A stretch of 64,000 bases of DNA from Malacoraja senta (Eukaryota): positions 61,876,001 through 61,940,000 of the forward strand of contig CM075977.1 of the NCBI GenBank assembly GCA_038087875.1, read 5' to 3'. The notes beneath the pieces were generated by a model. It searched no databases. It saw nothing but the letters and a program-made list of their open reading frames with translations, and was not told the DNA's origin. The first letter of the stretch is position 1. Every line of letters starts with the position of its first letter. Positions 1 through 12,544 of the stretch are shown here, one piece after another. Both the position numbers and the translations under genes were made by a program.

Positions 1-870
1 GTCGCATACAGCATATAATCTTCCGACATTTACGCCACCTCCAATGGGATCCCACCACTAGCCACATCTTCCCATCTCCATCCCTTTCCGTTTTCCGCAG
101 AGACCGTTCCCTCCGCAACTCCCTGGTCAACTCGTCCCTTCACACCCAAACCACCCCCTCCCCAGGTACAACCGCAGGAGATGCAGCACCTGTCTCTATA
201 CCTCGACCATCCAAAGACCCCAACAGTCTTTTCAGGTGAGGCAGAGGTTCATTTACACCTCCTCCAACCTCATCTACTACATCCGCTGTTCCAGGTGTGG
301 ACTCCTGTATATCGGCGAGACCAAGCATAGGCTCGGCGATCGTTATGCTGAACACCTCCGCTCAGTCTGCCTAAACCTACCTGATCTCCTGGTTGCTGGA
401 CACTTCAATTCTGCTTCCCATTCCCACACTGACCTTTCTGTCCTGGGCCTCCTCCATTGTCAGAGTGAGGCCCAGCACAAATTGGAGGAACAGCACCTCA
501 TATTTTGCTTGGGTAGTTTACACCCTAGCAGTATGAACATTGACTTCTCTAACCAAGTAACCCTTGCTTTCCCTCTCTTTCCATCCCTCCCCCTTCCCAG
601 TTCTCTGACCAGTTTTACTGTGTCCGACTACATTTCAGCTCTGTTTGCTTTGTTGTTACCTTCTCCCAGCTAACAATGATCAATTCTACATTTTCCTTGA
701 TCTCCATTCCCTTTGCCCTGTTTTCACACCCTTACACTTCCTTATCTATCTATCTCCCCCCCCCCCTGATGTCAGTCTGAAGAAGAGTCTCGACCCGAAA
801 CGTCACCCATTCCTTCTCTCCAGAGATGCTGCCTGTCCCACTGAGCTACTCCAGCATTTTGTGTCTATCT
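1..870 (+). mobile_element. Penelope-like element, 3' part (GIY-YIG endonuclease remnant + 3' repeat with hammerhead motif)
   Basis: ORF 236-673 contains NLIYYIRCSRCGLLYIGETKHRLGDRYAEH (GIY-YIG). CTGAAGA...GAAACGTC core at 777-804. Confidence 0.9.
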
Positions 871-1509
871 TTGCTGAAATAGTAAGGCTCTACTCTTCTA
901 AAAGTTAATTTTCAGTGCCAGCCAGGCTTACCGGTGGTATTTTGCACTTATCTCACTATTGTAAAGGTACTCACATTTGAAATGACTTAAAGCCTGTAGC
1001 TGGTTATCTTGTTTCATATTTAGTGAACAAATCTTCAAGGTGCTCTGTACATTTCAATGGGAGCCAGACAGAGAGAAAGCAGTTTTATGATTTTTATGGA
1101 GCAATAGCATATACAACAGAAGATTTGTAATTTCTGTATTTAATTATCTATCAGTCCCTGTGTGAGGTTGCCATGGTGCTTCCACTTAAATAATGGTGAG
1201 CACAGTTAACTGTGTTGCCAATGTAACTGCAATTCCTAGATTATTCATTATATGCAGTCATTAAAACATGTGAATTATAAAGATGAGTTTATCATTTTAT
1301 GAACACAAAATAAGAGGCAAGAGATGAATGTCACCTTGGATTATCAAGATACAGAGATCACACTGTGCTCATTGGTGCACGACTACTTCTTTGGGAAGTG
1401 AACCAAAGGTAACAAACACGTTTTTTAGGCGGGCATTTATCAGGTTCTGTCCAGTTCTCTGTTGATCTGGCCATTGCTCTGTTCAAATTCCTCTTCAACA
1501 TAAATTAAG

Positions 1510-1790
1510 GGTGGCACGGTGGCACAATGGTAGTGTTGCTGCCAGAACCCGGGTGCTTGGCTGTATGGAGTTTGTGTGTTCTCCCCATGACCTGCGTGCG
1601 TTTTCTCCAGGAGCTCTGGTGTCCTCCCACACTCCAAAGACGTACAGGTTTGTAGGTTAATTGGATTGGTATAATTGTAAATTGCCCCGAGAGTGTGGAG
1701 GACAGTGCAAGTATGCGGGGATCACTGGCTGGCACGGACTCAGTGGGCCAATGGCCTGTTTCCGCGTTGTATCTCTAAACTAAACAAAAC
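1510..1790 (+). mobile_element. tRNA-derived SINE (HE1/V-SINE-like)
   Basis: GGCACGGTGGCACAATGGTAG A-box-like head, central CCCACACTCCAAAGAC core, CR1-like GGCCTGTTTCC tail, (CTAAA)n end. Confidence 0.8.
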
Positions 1791-1970
1791 TAGATTAAAT
1801 TGATGTCCGACATTTTTATGCCACATATTGATCCAGAAAATGCTACAGGTATGGTTTATTATTGTCATGTGTACTGAATACAGTGAAAAGTAATGATAAT
1901 GACAGTAAACAGAATTCCAATATTTATTGAGTGAAAACTGGCCTCTTCTCAGTGTCTTGTTCAGTGGTAC

Positions 1971-3201
1971 ACAAAAATGCTGGAGAAACTCAGCGGGTGC
2001 AGCAGCATCTATGGAGCGAAGGAAATAGGTAACGTTTCGGGCCGAAACCCTTCTTCAGACTGATAGGGGGTGGGGAGAAGAAAGGAAAAAAGGAAAAGGA
2101 GGAGGAGGAGCCCGAGGGCTGGGGGAGGGGCGGAGACAACCAGATGGCTGATGAAGGGGAGGGGACAGCCAGGGCTAGCAGAATTGGGAGAATTCAACGT
2201 TCAGGCCACCAGGATGTAGACTGCCCAAGCGGAATATGAGGTGCATTTCCTCCAATTTACGGTGTTGCTCGCTGTGGCCATGGAGGAGACCCAGGACAGA
2301 GAGGTCAGATACGGAATGGGAGGGGGAGTTGAAGTGCTGAGCCACCGGGAGTTCAGGTTGGTTATTGCGGACCGACCGGAGGTGTTCGGCGAAACGATCG
2401 CCAAGCCTCCGCTTGGTCTCACCGATGTAGATCAGCTGGCATCTAGAGCAGCGAATGCAATAGATGAGGTTGGAGGAGATGCAGGTGAACCTCTGTCGCA
2501 CCTGGAACGACTGCTTGGGTCCTGGAATGGAGTGGAGGGGGGAAGTGAAGGGACAAGTTTGCATCTCTTGCGGTTGCAAGGGAAAAGTACCAGGGGAGGG
2601 GGTGGTATGGGAGGGAAGGGAAGAATTGACAAGGGAGTTACGGAGGGAGCGGTCTTTGCGGAAGGCAGACATAGGGGGAGATGGGAAGATGTGGCGAGTG
2701 GTGGGGTCACGTTGGAGGTGGCGGAACTGACGGAGGATCACTTGTTGTATGTGACGGCTGGTGGGGTGAAAGGTGAGGACTAGGGGGACTCTGCCTTTGT
2801 TGTGAGTGGGGGGATGGGGAGAGAGAGCAGTGTTGCGGGGTATGGCAGAGACCCTGGTGCGAGCCTCATCTATGGTGGAGGAGGGGAACCCCCGTTCCCT
2901 GAAGAATGAGGACATTTCAGATGCCCTGGTGTGGAACGCCTCATCCTGGGAGCAGATGCGGCGTAGACGGAGGAATTGGGAGTGGGGATGGAGTCCTTAC
3001 AGGAAGCAGGGTGGGAAGAAGTGTAGTCCAGATAGCCATGGGAGTCGGTAGGTTTGTAGTGGATGTCGGTAAGGAGTCTATCACCTGCGATGGAGATAGT
3101 GAGGTCAAGGAATGGTAGGGAAGTGTCGGAAATGGTCCAGGTGTATTTGAGTGCCGGATGGAAGTTGGTGGTGAAGCGGATGAAGTCAGTCAGTTGTGTA
3201 A
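1971..3201 (-). mobile_element. 5'-truncated Penelope-like element (RT C-terminus + GIY-YIG)
   Basis: ORFs 2870-3244 (LPFLDL, YKPTDSHGYLDYTSSHP) and 2175-2915 (LIYCIRCSRCQLIYIGETKRRL). Hammerhead core at 2031-2058. Near-TSD TGTTCAG(C)TGGTAC at 1958-1970 and 3202-3215. Confidence 0.92.
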
Positions 3202-3271
3202 TGTTCAGCTGGTACCTTCCTACCAAAAATGCTTTGTTTTGCAACAGATATTGTGATTGACTGAAGATATT

Positions 3272-4148
3272 GGGGCGGCGCGACTTTTCGTTGCAGCGGC
3301 CTCTGCAGTCCGTCTGTCTTTTTATTATTTTTGTCTCGTTTTTATGTAGTTTTTATTATTTTTTTTTGTCGGGGTATGTGTGTGGGGGGGTGGGGGTGGG
3401 GGTGGGGGGGGGGGGAAACTTTAAAATCTTTCCGCTGCACGGGAGACCCGACCTTTTCTTTGTCGGGTCTCCGTTGTCGTTGGGGCTGGGCAACGTGGAG
3501 CGGCCTCCAGCAGGAACGACCTGGGGCTCCCCGTGGAGCTGCGGACTACTCACCGTCGCGGGGCTGGCCGAGTCCGGAGTGGGTGGAGCTGTGGTGGAAA
3601 CAATTGCTGCTGCGACCCGACCCCCGGAGATTCGGAGGCTACAACCGCGGGTCTGGCGGACGGCAACACCGGAAGCCCGCGGGTCCCCTGGTGGGAGACT
3701 GCTTTTCGGGGCTTCCGCAGCGGCGACTTCTCCCGCCCGAGTTGCGGGGTTGAGGAGCACCTGGAGCGGGGCTTTATACCCCCGCGCGGCTTGGAATGGC
3801 TGCCGGACTTTGCGGGCGAGCGCCGGGGCTCTAACACCAAGACCCGTGCGCGACCTTGCATCACCCGGCGTGGCTTTAATGGCTGCGGGACAATCACCAT
3901 CGCCCGCCGGGGGCTTTGACTTTGACTCTGACATCGGGGGGGGGGAGAGTGCAGTGGAGAGATACGTTATTTTTGCCTTCCATCACAGCGTTGTGATGGA
4001 TGTATGTGTAAATTGTGTTGTGTCTCGGGTCTTCTTTGTTTTGTATTGTATGGCTGCAGAAACGACATTTCGTTTGGACCTCAAGGGGTCCAAATGACAA
4101 ATTTGTCCCTCAAAAGACAAATAAATTGAATTGGAATTGGAATTGGAA
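3272..4148 (+). mobile_element. GC-rich non-coding retroposon with Rex1/Babar-type 3' tail (copy A)
   Basis: Both termini are homologous to 43742-44625 (minus). The 3' end is ATTTCGTT-hairpin-AATGACAAAT...AATAAA-(TTGGAA)n. Confidence 0.65.
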
Positions 4149-4151
4149 TAA

Positions 4152-4343
4152 ACACAAAATGCTGGAGTAACTCAGCGGGTTGGGTAGCATCCCTGGAGAA
4201 CAAGGATAGATGATGTTTAGGGTGGAACCTTTCTTCAGACTATCATTGACTGAGTCTGAAGAAGGGTCCCGACCTGACACGTCACCTATCCATGTCCTCC
4301 AGAGATGCTGCCTAACCTGCTGAGTTACTCCAACACTTTGTGT
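4152..4343. mobile_element. Palindromic Penelope-derived mini-element (two inverted hammerhead-motif units)
   Basis: ACACAAAATGCTGGAGTAACTCAGC...CTTCAGACT, then a short spacer, then AGTCTGAAGAAGGG...GAGTTACTCC...TTTGTGT. Confidence 0.8.
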
Positions 4344-5036
4344 TCTTTTGTGACGGATAGCCCTGCACCAAAACCCTGCCCTGGGCTGGATTGTGGTTCA
4401 AGTGTATGCACAACTAATGGCAATTGCAGAGTCAATGAACGAGTGGCTGGAGGAATTCAATGGAGATTGTCATGCAATTCATGCAATTCTGCGATGGTTC
4501 TGATGCAAAGTCCTCAGTCATTAAATGACCCCATAACCATTAAGAAAACGTTATATGACTAGCAGACAGAAAGAGGAATTAATTTTACACTGAAACTAAT
4601 TCCCCTTGGAATATTTTTCCCCTTGAAAGTCGGTTACTGTCATTACTTGGAGACCCATTATAATTAGATTCGAGATTAGATTTAAGTTGCATTTTGTATA
4701 AAGAACATGGCTGATATTTTATAAAGGGAAAAATAATATTACGACGACGTATTTAATTGTCATTTAATGGTCAGTGCATTCTTGCCTGTGACAACCATCT
4801 CTGTTAAATACTGCTGCTGGCATCTAATTATCCTGTAATTATGATTTCATTAAAACATGAGAACTGAAATTAAATAAAAAGTGTAATGTCAGGTTTTACT
4901 GGATTAGTCAACCGAACAGTTAAATTTTCCATGGCAGATGTCCTAGGTAAGATACCACTCGATTGTGGATAATTCAGTGCGGGCTATAAAACATAAGAAT
5001 TTAAGTCCTTCACCAACAACTCCAATAACTCCAATA

Positions 5037-5320
5037 GGGCGGCACGGTGGTGCAGCGGTAGAGTTGCTGCCTTACAGCGCTTGCAGTACCGGAGACCTGG
5101 GTTAAATCCAGACTATTGGTGCTGTCTGTACGGAGTTTGTACGTTATCCCCGTGACCGCGTGGGTTTTCTCTGAGATCTTCAGTTTCCTCCTACACTCCA
5201 AAGACGTGCAGGTATGTAGGTAAATAGGCTTGGTATAAGTGTAAATTGTCCTTAGTGTGTGTAGGGTAGTGTTAATGTGTGCAGATTGCTGGTCTCTAAA
5301 CTAAACTAAAAAACTAAACT
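5037..5320 (+). mobile_element. tRNA-derived SINE (HE1-like)
   Basis: GGGCGGCACGGTGGTGCAGCGGTAGAG head; (CTAAA)n tail. Confidence 0.8.
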
Positions 5321-7138
5321 AATCGTGCAAATCAGAGGTTGATTAAAAAATACTTTAGTCTTGTGTTTTTGCGATTTACTAGACTTCCCTTCTTCCACCC
5401 TCGTCTTTTAACCAGCTCCATGGTTCGCAACAATGTATCCCTCTTGAGATCACCCTGCCTGAGATCATTTGTTGCCTGCCCTGATTTGTCCTGGTCTTTT
5501 CTCGCCTCTACTTCTCCCACTCCCCCCCTACTGCCTACCCCCCTCCCCCCCTCCCCACCCACTATCAGTGTGAAGAAGGTTTTCGACCCGAAATGTTATC
5601 TACAGGGCAGTCAACTCTCACGTATTGAGCGTGAGAATCACGCATTTCACTCGATTCTCACACTCTCATGCTGATCACAGTATTCTCACGCTCAAATTTT
5701 TTTTTAAATCAAGAAAGTCACGAAAAATTCAATTCGCCCAAGCCTTTCACACTCCTCCACACTCACCAATGAGAATAGCTTTCTGTCAGCGGGTTGCCCA
5801 TAAATAACGAACAATTTGATTGGCTTAAGCCCATCGCACACTATTTAAAATGGTAAATTCCGCAGACCTAATGATTACATTTGACACTCAGCTGCTGGAA
5901 ATTCAAATTAAAGCAAAAATTGTTTTAGAGGTGAGTAAAAACCACGAGGGGAATATATAAGGTAAATGCATAGTCTTTTTCCCGGGATATGTGATTCAAG
6001 AACTAGAGGGCATTGGTTTAAAGCAGGGCTGTCAAACTACCGGCCCGCGGGATGATTTGGGAAAAAAAGGAGTTTAGTTTAGAGTCTAAAGGTGAGACAT
6101 GGCGGTGGTCCCAGCACCGACTCCCGAGGCACCGCTCACACCTCCCACCCTCACCTCCGGCCTCTGTGTCTGTCGGCCGCTCTGACCACACCCCATGGAG
6201 TTTTAACCTCGGCCCGGAGCCAGGAGCGGACTGGGTGAGTGGAGGCGTCGGTGCCGCCTCCGGAGCCACGGGGATGAATCTCGGGCTAAGGCTCCGCTCC
6301 GATGTCCGACCCCCGGGTCACTGACACTCACCTTCCCCAGAGCCCAGCTGGACACAGAGCACCTGGGCTGGCCCGCATACCCAGAGGGGCGGGGGATAGG
6401 GACAGAGGGAGGGGGGGGGGGGGGAGAGGGAAACACTCCCCGGACATCACCATGTGTCCGAATGTTTGCTCACTCTGGGCACACCTGTTGTCGCCGCTTC
6501 ACTGACACATACTCTCACACACAACCTAACATACACTGACACACACACTGGCACACATAAGGTTTAAAGGGATATGGGCCAAATGAAGATAAATGGGACT
6601 ATTTTAAATGGGGCATCTTGATCTGCATGGACAAGTTGGGATGAAGGGCCTGTTTCCATGCTGTAAGACTATGACACGTTGTAGAAAGGGTGCAATTGCT
6701 CTGGAGAGGATCCTGGGCGATTTATGAGGATGTTGGCAGGGCTGGAATTTTTTTTCTCACTTTGAAGAAAGATTTGATAACTGGGATTGTATTCTCTGCA
6801 GCAACAAGGTGAAGAAAAGACTTAGTTGTGGTAAATAATATTATGAGAATAGGACCTGTTTCACTTAACAAGGCGTGTAAGAAGGAACTGCAGACACTGG
6901 TTTAAACTGAAGATAGATACTAAAAGCTGGAATAACTCAGCAGGACAGGCAGCATCTCTGGAGAGAAAGAATGGGTGATGTTTCGGGTCGAGACCTTCAG
7001 ACTGAAGAGGTTGAAAATAGATATAATACACAATGACTGGAGACGTATGTTATCCAACTAAGCGCAGAAATCAAAATCATGTGTTCATCTTTATTGACAT
7101 ACCATAATATATATATTACAGAAAAAACAATTTAATGG

Positions 7139-7420
7139 AGTGGCACGGTGGCGCAGCGGTAGAGTTGCTGCCTTACAGCACCACAGACCCAGATTTGATC
7201 CTGATTACGGGTAGTGTTTGTACAGAATTCGTACATTCTTCCTATGACCACATGGGTTTTCTCCGGATATTCCGGTTTCTCCCACACCCGAATGAAGTGC
7301 AGGTTTGTAGATTAATTGGCTTCTGTAAATTGTCCCTGGCGTGTAGGATAGAACTGGTGTATGGTAGATTGCTGGTCGGTGTGGACTTGGTGGGCCGAAG
7401 GGCCTGTTTCCATCTATATG
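7139..7420 (+). mobile_element. tRNA-derived SINE (HE1-like)
   Basis: Same head, core and GGGCCGAAGGGCCTGTTTCC tail as the other copies. Confidence 0.8.
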
Positions 7421-7582
7421 TTTTACATATATATCTTAATTTCATTGAACCATATACTTGATTGAAATATGTGGCATTATTTTTGTCTTGTTTCTATAGT
7501 CAGTGTAAGATTGATTAATTTATTTGTGCAGAACAGTGATGGAAGTCCGACTCTTCTTGCCTTGTTTCTATGTTTATTTATA

Positions 7583-7716
7583 NNNNNNNNNNNNNNNNNN
7601 NNNNNNNNNNNNNNNNNNNNNNNNNNNNNNNNNNNNNNNNNNNNNNNNNNNNNNNNNNNNNNNNNNNNNNNNNNNNNNNNNNNNNNNNNNNNNNNNNNNN
7701 NNNNNNNNNNNNNNNN
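7583..7716. other. Assembly gap (134 N)
   Basis: Run of N. Confidence 1.
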
Positions 7717-7919
7717 CCATACATGAATATACTAAGGTCATTCATGTGCTGCACCTGTTAGAGCCTGGCTCTACTGTGGAATGTAATTAGCAATGTAATT
7801 TAGCCTAAACTTATTCATACCTAATCCAATTTAAAGCATAAGTGTTGCATTCAAGTGTACGTTAAAAGACTCGCTACAGTATGCACCAGATTGCACAATT
7901 TTAATAACAATTTTAATAA

Positions 7920-8548
7920 ATGCCTTTATAACAAGAGGAATTGAATATAGGAGCAAAGAGGTCCTTCTGCAGTTGTACAGAGCCCTAGTGAGACCACACC
8001 TGGAGTATTGTGTGCAGTTTTGGTTCCCTAATTTGAGGAAGAACATTCTTGCTATTGAGGGAGTGCAGCATAAGTTCACGAGGTTAATTCCCGGGATGGC
8101 GGGACTGTCATATGTTGAAAGAATGAAGCGACTGGGCTTGTATACACGGGAATTTAGAAGAGTGAGAAGGAATCGTATTGAAACATATACGATTATTAAG
8201 GGATTGGACACGCAAGAGGCAGGAAACATGTTCCCGATGTTGGGGGAGCCCAGAACCAGGGGCCACAGTTTAAGAATAAGGGTAGGCCATTTAGAACGGA
8301 AATGAGGAAAACATTTTCACCCAGAGAGTTATGAGTCTGTGGAATTCTCTGCCTCAGAGGGCGGTGGAGGCAGGTTCTCTGGATGCTTTCAAGAGAGAGC
8401 TTGATAGGGCTCTTAAAAATAGCGGCGTCAGGGGATATGGGGTGAAGGCAGGAACGGGGTACTGATTGGGGATGATCAGCCATGATCACATTGAATGGCG
8501 GTGCTGGCTCGAAGGGCCGAATGGCCTACTCCTGCACCTATTGTCTAT
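7920..8548 (+). mobile_element. CR1 LINE 3' fragment
   Basis: [17 protein letters not shown] and RTRGHSL motifs; 3' UTR ending GGCCGAATGGCCTACTCCTGCACCTATTGTCTAT. Confidence 0.9.
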
Positions 8549-10779
8549 AATTTCAAGCTGAAAAATGTAAAAACTCCCTACCGTGGGAGGGGGGACACCT
8601 CCCTCCCACAGCCTCCCCTCCCCCCAGGTCGCTACGTTCCCTCGGGGTTGATCGCTGTAATTTCCTCGCAATTCCTCGCAATTTCTCACTCTCAACTCTC
8701 ACCCAATGTTGGCAGCCCTGTATCTATCCTTCTTATCCAGAGATGGTACCTGATGATGGTTCTTTGTATCTATCTTTAGTTTAGTTTCAGTTAGGTTTAG
8801 TTTAATTATTACAAATCACAAAAAGCATCCACAGCAAAGAGATGCGTGAAAGAACTGCAAGTTTTGATACATGATCATCGTAGTTAGCATTTCAATCCTT
8901 CTAAAATACTAGGGTGGCGGAGGGGGCAAGGGAAGTGGGGAGGGAGTGGGGAGGGGAGTGTTAGTAGGAGTTACTTAAAATTAGAGAATTCAATGTTCAT
9001 ATCATTGGGTTGTAAGCTACTTAAGCAAAGTATGAGGTGCTGTTCCTCCAATATGCATGTGGCCTCATTCTGGCAATGGAGGAGACTCAGGACAAAAAGG
9101 TCAGCATGGGAAGGGGAAACTAAACTAAATATGGACTGGCAGTCTCTGCTTAAAATATGCAGCAAGCAGAAAATCAGTAGCTTAGGGCTTCTAACCAACC
9201 TGTGCTCTATGGTGTCCAGGCAGATATTTGGGTTTGGTTCTCAACCCAGTGCCACATTTCATGAGGTTTGATTGTGAGGAAGGGAACAAAGTGGGGGACG
9301 TAAAGTCTAGGGTTGCCACACGCCTCAGTATCATGCAAAAGCTAAAAGCCAGAAAAAATTGAAGAAAATTTATCATGAGCATATCATGTGCCTGTAGAAA
9401 CAAGGGACAGCAGATGCTGATTTAACAAAGATAGACACAAAGTACTGGCGTAACACAGCGGGTCAGGCAGCATCTCTGGAGAAAATGGATGGATGACGTT
9501 TTGGGTTGGGACCCTTCTTGGGACTGAAAGTAGGGGGTGGGGGAGCGGTGTACTTCCAGGTCCTCTCTGATTGCAGCTGTGACACTCTCCTTGGTCAGCA
9601 ATGCAACTACCCCACCTATTTTACCTCCCTCTCTATCGTCTCTGAAATACCAAAATACTGGGATGATCAGCTGTCTGATCCATTCACAACCAATTCTCTG
9701 TCATGGTCACAGCATCACACTCCAGCCCACTATTCATGGTTTTTTGGATGAGAATGTTATACCTGATCCAGGCTTTAAGTTTATCTGCTTTAACCATAAT
9801 ACACTGCATTGAAATGACCATTCCTCAGCCCATCAGCCTCACCATGTTCGTTAACTTCTCCCTGCCTATCCTTCCTTTCAGACTTCCTTGTCATAAACTC
9901 CACCTTCCTATCAATCCCTCCGCTTGCCAACCTACTTCTCTGGTTCCTATAGCAGGGAAGAAGTTGTTAAATCTAGTGGTATGTGCTTTCAAGCTTTTGT
10001 ATCATCTGTCTGACTAAAGAGGGGAGGAGGGAATAACTAGTGTGTGGTCCTTGGTTATGTTGGCTGCTTTCCCGAGGCAGCATGAAGTTTAGATGGAGTC
10101 GATAGGGAGGGGGGGGGGGGGGGGGGTGGCGGCAGGTGTGTGTGGTGGACTGGGCTGCATTCACAACTCCCCTCAAACTCTGTAGGAAAGAACTGCAGAT
10201 GCCGGTTTAAATTGAAGGTAGATACAAAATGCTGGAGTAACTCAGCGGGACAGGCAGCATCTCTGGAGAGAAGGAATGGGTGATGTTTCGGGTTGAGACC
10301 CTTCTTCAGACTCTTGCAGTCCTGAGTAGAACAGCTGCCACATCAATCTGTGATGCATCCAGATATAATATGTGTTTAATTATTAAAAACAATTGTAAAA
10401 GTTTTATAAAATTATTGAAAGGTTCATGTTCTGTTGCAGAAGTTTAAACTGAACTCCCAACCCTGCCTCCTGATGGGACATTCAGACAAGTCAGGGAGAG
10501 TGGGGGGGAGGAGGTGGGGGGGAGGGGGGGGAGGGACGTGACGTTGGGGGAAGGGAGGGAAGAATCTCTGGTCGACACCAGGGTCACGAGGCACAGTATG
10601 ACTGGGTCCAGATAACAGTACGATGGACATTGGGGAGAGCGTGAGGGTGACTTCGGGCAGTAAGACAAATGAAGCTCACCTTTGCATCATTACAGATCAG
10701 GGTGAGAGGGATGTAATCATGGTACTGGAGCTATGAAGTGGGAGGAATCAAACGTTGTTCATGGTAGGTATAACCCCAT

Positions 10780-11260
10780 CATAGTAACTGAATCTTTCTT
10801 ATTCCCGCGTTTCAGACCTCTCTTAGTGCAGCTGTGACATTCTCCCCCATCAGTAAACCAACTCTCCCAATTTTCTTAGACCCCTCTCTGCCATGTCTGG
10901 ATCAATGAGCTGCCAATTCTGCACTTCTCTCAACCATGTTTCTGTAATGGACACAATATCATAGTTCCATGTTGTAATCCAAGCTCTAAATTCATCCAGT
11001 TTATCCCGTTATACTCCTTGCATTAAAACAAATACACTTCAAGTCATCATTTGCCATCCTGACCATTCATTATCCTGGCATTGCCAGTTTTTCCTATTAG
11101 ACTTACACAATTTACCACAATCACTCCAGCCACTGACCTACTGCTGTGGTTCAATCTACCTGCCACCTATTAAACCTCTTTCCAAGAAAATTGGTGGCTC
11201 TCCAGTTTAGGTGCAACCAGTCCTTCTTGTGCAGGTCCCACCTTCTCTGGAAGAGATCAC
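10780..11260 (-). mobile_element. Degraded CR1 fragment at the ORF1-end/ORF2-start junction
   Basis: Minus strand encodes ..DWLHLNW.. (SGNH esterase-like ORF1 end) and ..NARSI..LDEFRAWITTWNYDIVSITETWL (APE endonuclease N-terminus). Confidence 0.65.
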
Positions 11261-11333
11261 ATTGACCCAAATGACATTTTCAATATTTTCAATATTTTTG
11301 AAAATGTGACACAGATCCAAATATTCAATTAGG

Positions 11334-11569
11334 CTGTGCAGGAAGGAACTGCAGATGCTGGTTTACACCGAAGGTAGACACAAAAAGCTGGAGTAACTCA
11401 TTGGGTTAGGCAGAATCTCTGGAGAAAAGGAATAGTTGACATTTGGGGTCAACACCCTTCTTCAGACTGGAGTCTGAAGAAGGATCTCAACCCGAATCGT
11501 CACCTAATCCTTTTCTCCAGAAATGCTGCCTGACCTGCTGAGTTACTCCAGCTTTTTGTGTCTACCTAC
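11334..11569. mobile_element. Palindromic hammerhead-motif Penelope mini-element
   Basis: Inverted units around CTTCAGACTGGAGTCTGAAG; near-TSD TATTCAA(T/A)TAGG at 11322-11333 and 11570-11581. Confidence 0.8.
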
Positions 11570-12015
11570 TATTCAAATAGGTTTTTGGTCTTCCATGATC
11601 TGAATGTTTCTGATTTAAGTCCCATACACACTGAGAATGGCAGCTCTCAAAATGGCCACCAACTTCTTCCATTATTGCCCATATAAATCATATTCAATTT
11701 AATTTTAAATTATACACTGTACATTATAAAAAGCATGCATTATTTTGGTGGAGTGCATGATTAAGATAACTTTAAATGGCCACTGAAAAACGTAGCTTGG
11801 TGCCTCGATTCTATTTATCATCCTTTAGCACTTTGCACTGTTATGGTCAATTACATTGTTATCAGCAACATTGCTGCTCAGAATATCTGAATTTAATTGT
11901 TTCCTAGTTATTGATATCTTAACCATTTGGGAATGTTGTTCCCTTTGGATAAGTTAAATGTCATTGCTTTGTGCAAAAGTTATACAAAACTCATTGTAAC
12001 TTCGTGGCAACACAT

Positions 12016-12295
12016 GGGCGGCATGGTGGTGCAGTGGTAGAGTTGCTGCCTTACAGCGCCAGAGATCCCGGGTTCGATCCTGATTCTAGATGTTTGTCTG
12101 CACAGATTTTGTACATTCTCCCTGTGACCTGCGTGGGTTTTCTCCAGGATCTCCAGTTTTCTCCCACACTCCAAAGACAATTTGTAGGTTAATTGCCTTG
12201 GTATAATAATAAATTGTCGTGGATCGCGGGTCGGTGCGGACTCGGTGGGCTGAAGGTCCTATTTCCACGCTGTATCTCTAAAATTAACTAAACTA
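12016..12295 (+). mobile_element. tRNA-derived SINE (HE1-like)
   Basis: A-box-like head and B-box GGTTCGATCC, conserved core and tail. Confidence 0.8.
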
Positions 12296-12544
12296 GTGGG
12301 TTCCAGCCAGAATGTTATCAGTAAAGTTCAACCATTTTTAAATTTGAACATCTTAAAAACTGAAAAAGATTTACACAATTAAATCTTTTTCCGAAAGGGG
12401 AAAGGGCACATTTAATATCTATCTAAACCTGTCCAGTGACCAATGAATTAATGTCTTTATCAATAGTCCGGAGGGATCATTGAATTTGGAATTATGTCAT
12501 TTGATGTGCATCTGATATGGAAAAAAAACTCTTGGTCAGTTGGT

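Larger units (their letters stand above)
5603..8720. mobile_element. TIR-bounded DNA element (hAT-like ends) with nested repeats and an assembly gap
   Basis: Ends CAGGGCAGTCAAC and GTTGGCAGCCCTG, with TATCTA duplicated at 5597-5602 and 8721-8726. It interrupts a hammerhead-motif repeat that resumes after 8726. Confidence 0.55.

Noticed and set aside
3272-3320. Possible second HDV-like ribozyme at the start of the GC-rich element
   Set aside because: No P2/P3/L3 pseudoknot or C-containing J4/2 can be built; it folds better as a three-way junction (reported separately).
3270-4100. Several overlapping long ORFs (up to 275 aa) on both strands; likewise at 43802-44530
   Set aside because: They reflect stop-codon scarcity in GC-rich repeat DNA. 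There is no recognisable domain and the two family copies share no peptide.
5037-5120. tRNA-like sequence with A/B boxes
   Set aside because: It is a SINE head continuing into the SINE core and tail; no complete cloverleaf.
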